A DNA stretch of 64,000 bases from the human T2T-CHM13v2.0 reference genome, Homo sapiens, in the NCBI RefSeq assembly GCF_009914755.1, contig NC_060941.1; one strand, 5' to 3'. A program made the position numbers and the translations under genes. Below the pieces are notes generated by a model. The model was given only the letters and a program-made list of their open reading frames with translations, did not search any database and was not told the DNA's origin. Positions 53,015-64,000 of this stretch are shown here, one piece after another (the first letter of the stretch is position 1; every line of letters begins with the position of its first letter).

Positions 53015-53959
53015 GCCAAAAACCTTGTCTAGACTTTGAGTCACCTTTATTTGTGTACTGTAAAAGACCGGTAGGAGCAGCCCAAATGGCTACAGTGAAT
53101 GGGAGAGCCTCATAAAATCCGACAAAGGTTCACATACCTGAGGTTTGTAAACACAGCATATGTTCTTGTCAGTGTAGATGTGACCTTGCCGGTCTCTTTG
53201 CAGACTATATTAGTGCTGTGCAAATATTTCTACTCAATTGTAAAGGCACATTATACTCAGGGAAATTATTCTCCCAGCAAACAGACAGATGTTTAGCTTC
53301 ACTTTAATATGACACTATAATCTGAATTCTTAATGTGAGACAGAGGTCCTGTTGGAGCTAGGGTGAAACTACACATGCAAAGTTTTAACAATGCAGCACT
53401 TTGTAGCATAGATTAAGTCACTACCTCTTTCTGACTAAAACTTTCTGCTCTTTCTTTCAAGCCCCTCTTGTAGCACCATGTGCAGGGGCCATGGTGCACT
53501 TAGCACACCTTGACAATCCTGAGATGATGCAGGAGGTGGCTGTGAGGATATTTATCAGTCTCTCTGAGCACTATCAAACACTTCTGCTTGCAAAGCCCTA
53601 TAGAATAACATGGAGCAACATATGTCCAGTTGTGAGGTTCCCCTCTTAGGAGAATATGAAACATGCCTATCCTAGAGATATCAGCAAGGCTCAAAAAATT
53701 CAAGGAAAAAGAAAAAGTAGCTGGGGTTAGACCAAACCCACATATCTAGATTCATTCTTGGGGGCTTTGGCATTCAACAAACAGATCCATCTTCAACTTG
53801 CTAGTTGTTGTCAAGGTTAATTATCCTTTAGGACTTCAAGTAAAGGAGGCCAAGGAAACTGAGCTCAACTCAAGTTTAGACACAGTGAAATTTCTTTTAC
53901 TGCTGGGACTCAGCAACAAGACTGCCACCCCTGTGAGGTTCTCTCCATTTTCAATCCAC

Positions 53960-54570
53960 TTTTCTACACTCCGCCTGTATTGCTGGGGCAGGGGCTCAAT
54001 AAGCCATATTTCTGCTTTGTCAGCTCATTCCTGCAGGCTCTGCCCATAGGAAATCTAGAGAGACACTGGAAGGCTGGAGCTCTTCCTGTTTGCCTCCTGT
54101 TCCGGTTGGCATTATTCCAGCGATGGGTCATTGCCCTGGCACTTGGTTCCACTCTTCAGATTTACCCTCCCATATTCCTAGAACAAGACTCATCATAACC
54201 CCTTGGACACACCAACACCAACCAGCTGCAACGCTCCCCAGAGGACTGGGTTCCAGTTCTGCAAGGGCCTCCTCCAAGCTCCAGAGTCCTCAACAGCAGG
54301 TGGAGAAAGCCCTGCTATGAGTCTCCAGTTCTGTGCTCTCCGATGCTCAGCTTCTAAATTCTTTTCCCAGTCCCTTCTCCTTATTCTGCCGTCCCTGAAG
54401 TGGTAGTTGGTTCCTTTTATTATGCCTTTTTTGTGGTGCACCAGGGTCTTTTATGTGTGTGCCTTTCCAGCCCTCTAATATCCAATTAAACAATTATTTT
54501 ATATGAAATTATCACAGTTGAGATAATTGCATGGTTTCTATTTTCTTCACTGGGCCCTAATTGACATAAC
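53960..54570 (+). mobile_element. Old ERVL-class LTR (LTR40/41/52-like; subfamily uncertain)
   Basis: The 3' end aattaaacaatt...aaatt...ggtttctattttcttcactgggccctaattgaca resembles ERVL LTR termini. Confidence 0.55.
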
Positions 54571-55819
54571 TTATTACTTGTAACAGAGTTACACAGATGT
54601 TTGCTAAATTGCTGATATTATATATTTTTGAAGGTATATTTACATGCTAAAAATGTATGATTAATCTGCATCTATTAAAAAGAACATGATAGATCAATAT
54701 TACTGTCCAGAAAGATGTCCATAATATATTGAGTGATAACAGCAGTGATTTTTTATTAGTAAGCATTTGTTTCATATATAAGAAAAATAAATAAAATTAT
54801 GAAGAAGTTAAAAATAACGGATACTATGATCTCTATGAGAATACTTTGTTATCCCTATTTAAATAACTTTGAGAATATCTTTAGCATAAGTAATTGGGGC
54901 AGCAGGATTTTTCTTCTGCCCAATATTTAGTTGGGATTGCAATAACTATCAAACAATTAAGATGCAATTTATGTCTTTGTCACAATTTGAAACCCAAAAC
55001 ATTTATATAATATGTGTAATTCAAAGGCACACATGCTACTGCATCTAAAATTTAACTTTTTAACTAAATATAACTAAAACCAACTCACAGAAAAGTCTAC
55101 AGCTGGGAAGAAGAATTAGTAAAAACTTTAATTGTGGTCTCATTTACACTTCTATTTTCAAACTCATTCATGAATTAATTTTAACTCTGTGCCTCTGCCT
55201 TCAATCAAGCCATAAGTACCTGTCAGAAAATGGCAGTGTTTGAATATCTGCACATATGTTGGAAATTTCTACACTTTGATTCCTTTGTCAAAATTTCCAC
55301 TTAGAGCTGTGTGGGTGAGGCTCTAAGGCACAGGCAAGGAGGTTAGTCTCTCACTGTGGCCAAGATTCCACGCCAAAGAATGTTCATTTAGCGTGTAAGC
55401 CAACGCAGAACTCCTTATTAAGACAGTTGGCCCTCAGAGTCTTATAAAGCAGGAGGGGAGTATGATGTATGGAAGCAAATGTTGAGCAGGAACTACAGAA
55501 GGTTAGCCTTAAGGGTGATGTTCCATAGAGGAACCTTGGGCTAATCTTAATCTGTGAAGATGGACATTGGACTATAGAGCTTTGTGGCCCCTGTGCAGCC
55601 TGCCATTATACAAGATCACTTAACTACAATGTCTTAAAGCAACTCAGTCTAAGGCAGTAGTTGCAAAAATTTTGGATAGTATATCCCTGTTGGGGAAAAA
55701 AATTTGCGTGCAATGCCACCATGTGAACATTTATTCATAAATTACATATGGATGCTGTTATACTAATTATTAGTACAATTAGGAACAATTAGTATTGGGT
55801 ACCCTCCAAGACACTGAAT

Positions 55820-56730
55820 ATCAGCCAGCACCCTCTCATTCAGTTGTAGTCACACTGACCTTCTTACTGATCATTAGCCTTGCTAAACATGCCCTGTCTC
55901 ACCATCCCTGCACTGGATGCCTCTCTGTCCACTAGCCACTTGGTTCATATTCTCACCTACTTCAGGGCTGCTCAAAGGTCAATCTCAGAAGGGCTTCTCT
56001 GACTTCCTGTGTTACCTCTGACCCTCTGTCTCCTCTTTACTCTAGAACACTTGTGCTGGGTTCCTCTGTTTACCTTGCAGACACTGCTTTCCCCTTCTCT
56101 GTCCTTTTCTGTGCCCTGGGAGGCTGATTTGCATGGATTACATTCAACTGGGCTCCCCTGAATTATGGCTTCTCTTTGGGTTTGGCCAATAGGAGGCACT
56201 CGCAGGGAACTGGAGGGTGAGAAGAGAGATGCCTGGACGTTTATTCCATCAGCAACCACCCTTGCAGGGCTATGGATGGAAAATGGCTGTTTTCCTCTCC
56301 CAAGGTCACACCTCCTATTGGGTGTCCTTCTCCTACCACCAATCACTGCTTCCTCTTCATTTGGGCCACCGCTTCTTGCCCTGGAGGAGATAGTTCCCTA
56401 CTATTAGAAGGCCCTAGACGACTTCACCATTCCTTGTTAGTTTCTCTTAAACTCTGCCTAGCTTTCTATAAATAGCTTTTCGTGCACTCTCCTCAGACAT
56501 TTACTTTGAGCATGCCATCTGTTTCTTCCCAAGACCCTGAATGATACAGCACTTATCACCAATAAATATAGCATATATTTATATTGATAGTCTGATTCCT
56601 CCCATTTGAATGGAAAATAGCCGAGCGCAGAGATTTTTCACCTGTTGTTGTTTTCTGCTATGTGCTTAGCTCCTAGGATAGTGCACAGCATTTAGTAGGC
56701 ACCCAGGTACCTGCCAAATACATAGATGAA
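55820..56730 (+). mobile_element. L2 3' end split by LTR33
   Basis: cacactgaccttct...ttcagggctgctcaaaggtc...| gcacttatcacc...tagtgcacagcatttagtaggcac. Confidence 0.75.
56052..56548 (+). mobile_element. LTR33-like ERVL solo LTR, full length
   Basis: TG...CA termini, ends catgccatctgtttcttcccaagaccctgaatgataca. Flanks acact/gcact (4/5 TSD). Confidence 0.85.
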
Positions 56731-57975
56731 TAATATTTTCCTCCTAGGTCCCAATGGATTGTCTTGCACATTCCATTTTGGAAATCACCAACTTAAGGAA
56801 CAAATATATATTATTCTTCACCAGGTTTTACTAAGTGTTGGACTAACCTAGCTTAATTCCTACATAATACATATCCCTGATTATTTTCAAAGCACATGAA
56901 ATGTAATGTAGCAGGAAACTCTCCTGAAAGTTCTCAGGTTCCTCCTCCAAGATTCTCATAATGAAAGCTCCAACAGATATTGAGCCAATCATGAGAAGGA
57001 CCTTATTAGTTCACCTTTTCAAGTTGTCTTTAACAGATTTTCTTTCTCCCTCCTGATTTCCGTTTTAAGAACATTTCTTCTTTTCTTTCAATAAGGACCA
57101 TAAAAACTGCCCAAGGAAGCAAAGCCTTGGCTCACTCACTTTGTCCCTACTTGCAACAGGAGAAAAATCATCAAAATCCTGTTCCCCGGCTCAGTTACTT
57201 AATTTGCATATGATGCTCCATTACTTAATTATCTTATAACTCTTAGGGCTTAGTTGCCCAAATCAGACTTAACAATCATCTTTGGTAACAACATCCCTTA
57301 CAGCAAAGAGCTAACTCAAAAGAAAATGATTTTTTAAAAAAATGACAAACACATACAAATACCTTTTTGTCCTCCATGCAAAAATTTGGGTGATGGATTC
57401 TTTATGAATTGCTCTATGCCTATTAAACATGCCCATTACTTTACTATTGGAAAAACCAGATTATTTTTCACATGCCTGAGTTTCCTTTCTTTGTACTAAT
57501 CAATAACTGCAGATGTACTCTAAGAGTTGCTACCATACTGAACAAAATCTGATCTTCAAGACAACCTTGTGGAACCTGCTGAGGTTGCCTTGGGAGGGAG
57601 AACCTAAGTGGTGAGAAACTGCTGAATCCTGTATCCAGGAGGAAACATTCTGTACACACAATAACTTCTATGTGCATGTGGCTACAATTTTTAATGCTGT
57701 GCTCATCTCTGGCTATATATAGTGGCATGAGTAAGAGTTTTCTCGTGTGGTTTTGAGTTTCTTGAGCTGTAAATCAAAACATTGTGATGTTCAAACAGTC
57801 TTTGGGAAGAAGAGAAAATTAACTGCCAAAATTATTAAAATGGAACTCTACTTTCTATTAGAACCAGAATAGAACAGCTTGCATGAATAGGTAAGTGCAA
57901 AGTAAGATATAATTTTCTTTCACTTGAATGGCGTTTGTATTTCCCTCTGCCAGCAGTGGTATGACTCTCCAATGT

Positions 57976-58385
57976 TGTATTACTTTGCTAAAGCTGCTAT
58001 AACAAGTATCACACACTGGGTGGTGAAACAACAGAACTTTACTGTCTCACAGTTCTGGAGAGAGTTCTCATTTAACTTGAATAATTATATTTGCAACAAC
58101 CCTTTTTCCAAGTGAGGTTATATTCTGAGGTACCGGGGGTTAGGACTGCAACTTGTACATTTGGGAAAGGGGATGTAACTGCACACTGGCTCATGCTCAG
58201 CTATTTGAGAGGCTGAGGTGGGAAGATCACTTGAGCCCAGGAGTTCAAGCGTTCAAGGCTGCAATAAGCCAGTATCATGCCACTGCATTCCAGCCTGGGT
58301 GACAGAGAGGGACCCTGTCTCAAAAAAAAAAATTAAAACTAAAAGAAGATCAATAAATTTGGGGGAGCACAATTTAACCACAACA
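57976..58385 (-). mobile_element. Internally deleted MLT1A/B-like LTR carrying an Alu monomer
   Basis: tgtattactttgctaaagctgctataacaa...tctcacagttctggag...atattctgaggtaccgggggttaggact...cacaaca. Flanks aatgt/aatgg. Confidence 0.8.
58185..58345 (+). mobile_element. Old Alu monomer (FRAM/FAM/AluJ-like)
   Basis: gaggctgaggtgggaagatcacttgagcccaggagttcaag...ccactgcattccagcctgggtgacagag...accctgtctcaaaa. Confidence 0.88.
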
Positions 58386-58738
58386 AATGGTAAAAATAAA
58401 AAATGTTAGGTCTTAAGAAAATACTAAGAAACACTTGGTCCAGCTCTTTTGTTTTTTAGTGATAAATAGAAAGGGAAAATGTCTTATCCAGGGTTACCTG
58501 TCAGCAATAGCAACATAGACTCAGAGCACGAGGCACAAGGCTCTGCTCTGGTGCTTTCCAAAGCACACACTGCCTTTATTTCATTCTTCCCAAAGCTGAG
58601 ACTCACATGCATTTGTGGAGGGGAAGTAGCAGCAGTGACTCATCCTATATGAAAACCCATCCAGAGACTTATGTGACATATCTACAGCAACTTGCTTTGT
58701 GGAGGTCATTCAAAATAGGAGAATTAAAAAAGGACTAT

Positions 58739-58828
58739 GCTGGTCTTGAACTCCTGGCCTCAAGAGATACTCCTGCCTCAGTCTCCTAAAGTATTAGAAT
58801 TATAGGTGTGAGTCACTGCATGCAGCCT
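58739..58828 (-). mobile_element. Alu/FLAM 5' fragment
   Basis: gctggtcttgaactcctggcctcaag...ctcctaaagtattagaattataggtgtgagtcactgca. Confidence 0.85.
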
Positions 58829-58929
58829 AGATTCAAAGTCTTATACAAACTTTCCTCGTTTAAATCACTGTGTGGTTTGTCTCCTGATTGGACTCAGACT
58901 GATGCAGTCTGTTCTAGTACCAGTTTGTT

Positions 58930-59610
58930 TTTACATTGAAATATTTGCTCCATCAGGAGTTTATCTTGGTATAAGCTGTGAGTATGGATCTAGCTTTATT
59001 TTTCACAGATGGCTATCTGGTTGATCCAAACATTTATTGAAAAACTTTTTTCCTAACTCATTTTAAATACCATCTTTATTATATACTCAATTCCCACATG
59101 TATTTGGGTTTATTCCAGACTTTAAATTGTATTCCATTACACTCTGTCTTTTCCATCTCCACTACCACATTGTTTGAATATCTGTTTAATATCTGATAGG
59201 AATAGTCCCTGGATATTTTTGTTTTTTTTTTTTAATTTGAACTTTGTTATCAGAATGTCTAGATTTCCTGCTGGAAATTTTATTGGGAATTGCAATACGT
59301 TTGTAGATTAGGGATATTTGACATCTGAGTCTTCTCAAGAACTAGCCACTTTTTATTAGTTCAAGTCTCTTTTGGTGTTTCTCAACAGTATTAAACATTT
59401 TTTAATTCACAAAAGGAGCACTGTGTATATTTATAGTGTACAATATATTTGATATAAATATACCAATAGCATTTTAATTCATATAAATCTTGCATATTAT
59501 TACTTTTATTCCTAAATATTTGATCATTTTGGTTATTGTGATGGCATCTTTTCTTCCATTATAACTTTTTAACTTGTTGCTCTTAGATATATAAAGGGTA
59601 CAAATATCAA
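58930..59610 (-). mobile_element. Old L1M fragment
   Basis: ttggtataagctgtgagtatggatctagctttatt...acatttattgaaaa...ttttattgggaattgc...ttttattcctaaatatt. Confidence 0.7.
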
Positions 59611-59834
59611 ACATAAAAAGGGAAAGCAAGGTTTCAAAACTGAATTACAAAACTTCAGTGCCAGACACTGTACCTGGCAATTGCTCAGTGCTCCAAGAAA
59701 GTTAAACCAACAAATAAAACCAATTTTAATAGTGATAAGTATTACTCTGTTGTGATTAGAGCTTCCACCATAAAGTATTTTCAAGTCCATTATCATTTGT
59801 TTTCTGCAAACTCTGAGAGACATACATTATTCTC

Positions 59835-59956
59835 ATTTGACAGAAAGGAAAACTGAGGTTCAAAGATAAATGACTTTTTAAACTAAAGTGTTACAATTTG
59901 ACAGAAAGGAAAACTGAGGTTCAAAGATAAGTGACTTTTTAAACTAAAGTGTTACA
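59835..59956. repeat. 61-bp tandem duplication (60/61 identical) inside a minus-strand MIR
   Basis: atttgacagaaaggaaaactgaggttcaaagataa(a/g)tgactttttaaactaaagtgttaca at 59835-59895 and 59896-59956. Confidence 0.95.
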
Positions 59957-61514
59957 AGCCAGTTTGACAAAGCTTGTATGCTATTATAATTTCAGATTCA
60001 AATTCCAATGCTCCCTCTCCTAAATTTTTATTGTTTTGAGGAAAATTAAACTAAACATTAAAAAAGTTCATTTACTTCCATTTTTATGCCTCCCTTGAAA
60101 TGCAAATTTAGCACAAGCCAACCATCTCTCTCTAAGCATTTCCAAGCACTTGAGGCATCCACTTCTTTGCACTCAGCAGATGGTCATAAAATATGAACAA
60201 ATGAAGACAGTTCATCTTTAGACTCTAGGGAGTCACAGAGTCACATAAGCTTAGGATTTGAATGGGCTTAGAGGATTTCTAAATAATGCTCTCTGGTTTA
60301 TAAATAAAAAAGCTAAGGCACTACGTCCTAGAGCTAGTAAAAAAAACCAGATATCCTCACTCCCAAACCAGTGTTCTGATGCTTGTAAAATCTGGCACTG
60401 GTTTAATCAGAGAGTGACCAGCTGGAATAAAGTCCTGATCAGATTGCTTTTATTCTGCTTTCTCTGAAGCCAAGAAAGGTCATCAAAGATGCACAGGAGA
60501 GACTGCAAATGAGTACAATACTGTGCAACAGTGATATTCAGAATTATTAAATTGGAAGCCCTGGTGCCCTTTGCAGGCACAAAGCAGCTCCTCTGTAAGG
60601 AAATGAAAAGAGGTTGCGTGTCGAGGGATGAGGCTTCTTTCTATAGAGACCCCATTACAGCTCCAGAGGAAAGAACATCAGTTCCTTCCAGGGAGTCTGT
60701 GTAACAGATAATGTATGCTTCTTTTCAGGCTGTCAAGATTCACAAAAGAGATAGGAAGTTTGAGGCTCTATTACTGGTGACCTTCCCACAGAATACACTG
60801 CATCTCATTTTTAAAAATAGCCCGGCTCTTGGGTGGAGTATTTGATGGCCTTCATAAAGGAACTGAAAACTTTGGGAGAAGTACTGAAAGGAATAGAGTG
60901 AAAAAGAGAAAGAAGAAAGCAAGAGGCAAAAAAGAAGAGAAAAACTGGTTTCCTACTGCTCCTTCATCTTTCTGCATCTCGAAGTGGTCACCTTTTTTTA
61001 TCTCAGAGCCTCATTACCTCTGAGAGGTTTCCTGATGGCCTCAACTCATCTCTACCATCCTTCAGAATGCTAAACAGGTTGGACTTTGTCACCACCCATA
61101 GAAACCTTGGTTATTTCCACATTGTAAAGTCCGCATTCCTTAGCATAGCAAGCCAGGTGCTTTTTGGAAATTCAGCTTCCACTCCAGCTTCATTTTCTGC
61201 TCCACTTCTCCAGGTAACTCATGCTTTGGCCACCGTGGCAACTTGCCACTCCTCAAACATGCCACTGGCTGCCCACTCTCTTGGGCATGCTTTTACTTTT
61301 TTCCCCTTTCTTTCATCAATCAATATTCTCCCTAAGAATCAAGACTCAGATCAGAGGCTCCTGTTTCTGAGAAACCTTCCAGCCAAAATGAATCACTCCC
61401 CCACCTAAGCTTTTTCTCTGGTCTCAAAGCCTTCTACTCTAAGCTCTGGTTCTTTTGATTAGACCTAAAGACAAAGCCATTTGTAAACCAATAACAGATC
61501 TGATAACTTTTTGG

Positions 61515-61764
61515 TTCTCACTTATAAGTGGGAGTTGAACAATGAGAACACATGGACAGAGGGAGGGGAACCTCACACACCGGGGCCTATCAGGGGGTAG
61601 GGGGAAAGGGGAGGGAGAGCATTAGGACAAATACCTAATGCATGCGGGGCTTAAAACCTAGATGACGGATTGACGGATGCAGCAAACCACCATGGCACAT
61701 GTATACCTATGTAACAAACCTGCACATTCTGCACATGTGTCCCAGAACTTAAAATAACAAAAAA
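61515..61764 (+). mobile_element. 5'-truncated L1PA7/8-like 3'UTR with G-rich tract
   Basis: ttctcacttataagtgggagttgaacaatgagaacacatggac...gcattaggacaaatacctaatgcatgcggggcttaaaacctagatgac...cccagaacttaaa. Confidence 0.92.
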
Positions 61765-61829
61765 TCTGGACTAATTTTAGATTTCCAAAAATGTTGCAGA
61801 GATAGTATAGACAGTTCCCCACCTAATAA

Positions 61830-62330
61830 TTTTTAGAAGAAATATTTTATAGAAAAGCATAAAGAATGATATTAAAAACACATGTATACTCATTTTCCAT
61901 CTTTATCAAATCTCAACATTCTGCCATTTGATTCAGATTTTTTTTAAAGATATAAAACAATACTTGGTTCTCCATGTAAGTCTCCTTGATTCTAAGGAGA
62001 CTTGATTCTAATTCTTCCTACTCAGAATTAAGCACTCTCCTGATTTGGCATTTATGGTTAATTGGCCTGCTTTTATATATTCACTACACATGTATGTATC
62101 CCAGAAGTTATATTTGATTGCCTTGTATGTTGTTGTACACATATGACCTCATTCTATATATAGATCAGCTGTACATATTTTGATTTTCACTCAACAATAC
62201 ATTTGTGATTTTTGCAGATGTAGTTCACTTATTGAATGTTCTATATAGTATTTTATTGTGTGGATACACAAAAATAATTGTCTTCAACAGATAGAAATTT
62301 TAGCTTCTCATTTGTTTTTTAATGTAGAGT
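61830..62330 (-). mobile_element. Old L1ME-like 3' fragment
   Basis: caacattctgccatttg...ttttcactcaaca...gatgtagttcactt...tatagtattttattgtgtggatac. Confidence 0.6.
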
Positions 62331-63499
62331 AAGAGAAACATACAACAGTGCACATTGCAGCACTGCTTGTATTAGCAAAAACAGGAAGTGGATCTGGATT
62401 GATCCATTAACTATGAATCTTACCCATCCTTAAACATCATTTAAGCCCTTAGGGTAGAAAAGAAATTATGGGGAAATCAAAATGATACATTTGGCAGTGG
62501 TGAGAGGCTTCCTGTTCCTTTTGGTTCAGCAAAAAACTTTTTATTCTTTAGACCTACAAAAAAGCAGAGGCTTTTTTTTTTACCCACACCCAAAGCAGAG
62601 GGAAATCAGTCAGCATTTTTAAGGGAACTACACATGCTACAGGGGCCCTTTAGCGTCTGCCAAGCTCTTCCCAGTCTCAAGAATGGAGGTAGGAGATGCT
62701 GTTCATGCTATTATACAGAATGGTAGAATTAAGTCCAAATGGCACCTGGAGTCTTACCTCTTTATATCCTAGTTTTCTGTATTCAGTACTGGCCCAGATT
62801 GCTTTTATTTTCTGTTGAAATAATAAACTCTTTTACAAAAAATATGATTGTTTTTCCTCAGTTTTAAAATATGCCTATAAATATTCTACAGGAATAGAGG
62901 GTAATAGATGAGCTCAAGTATTTTGCGAGTTAATTAAAGTAGAACTTGGATTTATTTCTTAACGATTTTATACAAATTGAAAGGAAAGTAAGAAACGTTA
63001 TTCCAAGGTGTTCAAGGCAGGCCTTGTACCATCTCACTTCCCACTGGTTCTACTGAAACATTTACATTTATCACTTTTTTTCCTTCTGTTTATTATGAGA
63101 GTATCTAATTTCATAGGCATGGTGGTAGAACATTGGGGTGAATAAGATGATGTCTGCTCTTAAGAAGTTACTTGCTACTCCCTGAATATATGAAAACTTT
63201 TTTTTTTTTTGTAAAGAGAGAGTGATGGTATGGTTCACTAAGGAAGGCAGGAGATTGAGTAGTTCTGGAGAGTCACATAGGAAGCATGTTCCACATAGAG
63301 GGTGGATGCAAGTGAAGGCCAAGTTGTAACCATCTATCACTGCCTCCAAGGAGCACCTGCAATAGCACATCTACTTGGAGTCCAAGTCCTGGTTTTCATA
63401 GTTTGGCCAATTCCATCACTGCCCAAACCATGAAGTAAGAAAAATAATACAACTTAGTTCAAGAGAATAAAAACAAAATGGAGTGTGCCACACACCAGC

Positions 63500-63900
63500 T
63501 ATATTCAACTATTTTCTGCTCTCCTAGAGTGCCATGCATTTGCAAGCCTCCAAGCCTTTGCAGATACTCCTGCTTTGAATGACATTCCCTGTATTCTGTA
63601 CTTATCCACTGTGTAATGCAACCTTAAAGCTAATTTTAAGCATTGTCTTTCTAGGAAACCTTTCTCACTCCCCCCGAGAGGGGTGAATCATCCCTCCCTT
63701 GTGTATATTCCCAGAGAAGGCTGTTTCTGCCTCTGTAAAATACAGCACTCAGCACAGTCTGACAAATAGTCTCGTAAATTGTGCATGCCTCTGTGTCCTT
63801 TACTCTTAGAAGGCAGGGACTCATCTAATTCATCTTTGTCGTGCCTTCAATCTGTGGCACAGTGCTAACATATAGTAAGTGTTCAATGTGAAGTTCATTA
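63500..63900 (+). mobile_element. L2 3' end
   Basis: gaaggcagggactcatctaattcatctttgt...tggcacagtgctaacatatagtaagtgttcaat. Confidence 0.75.
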
Positions 63901-64000
63901 AATGACGTGTGTAGCTGCAAAGAAAAAAACACGTAGCATTAGGAATTAGAGTAGTCAACAGATAGTGGTAGTAGAATTGCCTCAAATTCCATGTAAGTAT

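Larger units (their letters stand above)
55655..56790. mobile_element. hAT-Charlie-like element split by a nested L2 and LTR33
   Basis: Degenerate TIRs cagtagttgcaaaaat / attttggaaatcacca. 8-bp flanks gtctaagg / acttaagg. Confidence 0.55.

Noticed and set aside
61561-61615. G-quadruplex-forming tract
   Set aside because: It is the ordinary G-rich segment of the L1PA 3'UTR, not locus-specific.

Overview
Primate, most likely human, AT-rich intronic DNA. The only supportable protein-coding feature is one 143-nt exon of CA10 (carbonic anhydrase-related protein 10, an acatalytic neuronal neurexin ligand; human 17q21.33-q22) on the minus strand at 36761-36903, with canonical AG/GT splice sites. 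The rest of the window appears to be the two large flanking introns. They are dense in old interspersed repeats: a ~5.5-kb L1PA15/16-like LINE, L1M/L1PA 3' fragments, many L2/MIR/CR1 pieces, MaLR and ERVL solo LTRs, hAT and Tigger DNA-transposon relics, and only one full-length Alu. All other listed ORFs are repeat-derived or unsupported. I found no prokaryotic-style system and nothing I can call a new biological system. The best leads are a candidate poison exon just upstream of the CA10 exon, CpG-retaining motif clusters that may be neuronal enhancers, a dispersed 27-bp repeat, a modular repeat that looks like a template-switching scar, two young tandem duplications and nested transposons. 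Repeat subfamily names come from my recall of consensus sequences, not a database search. Boundaries without target-site duplications (TSDs) are approximate.
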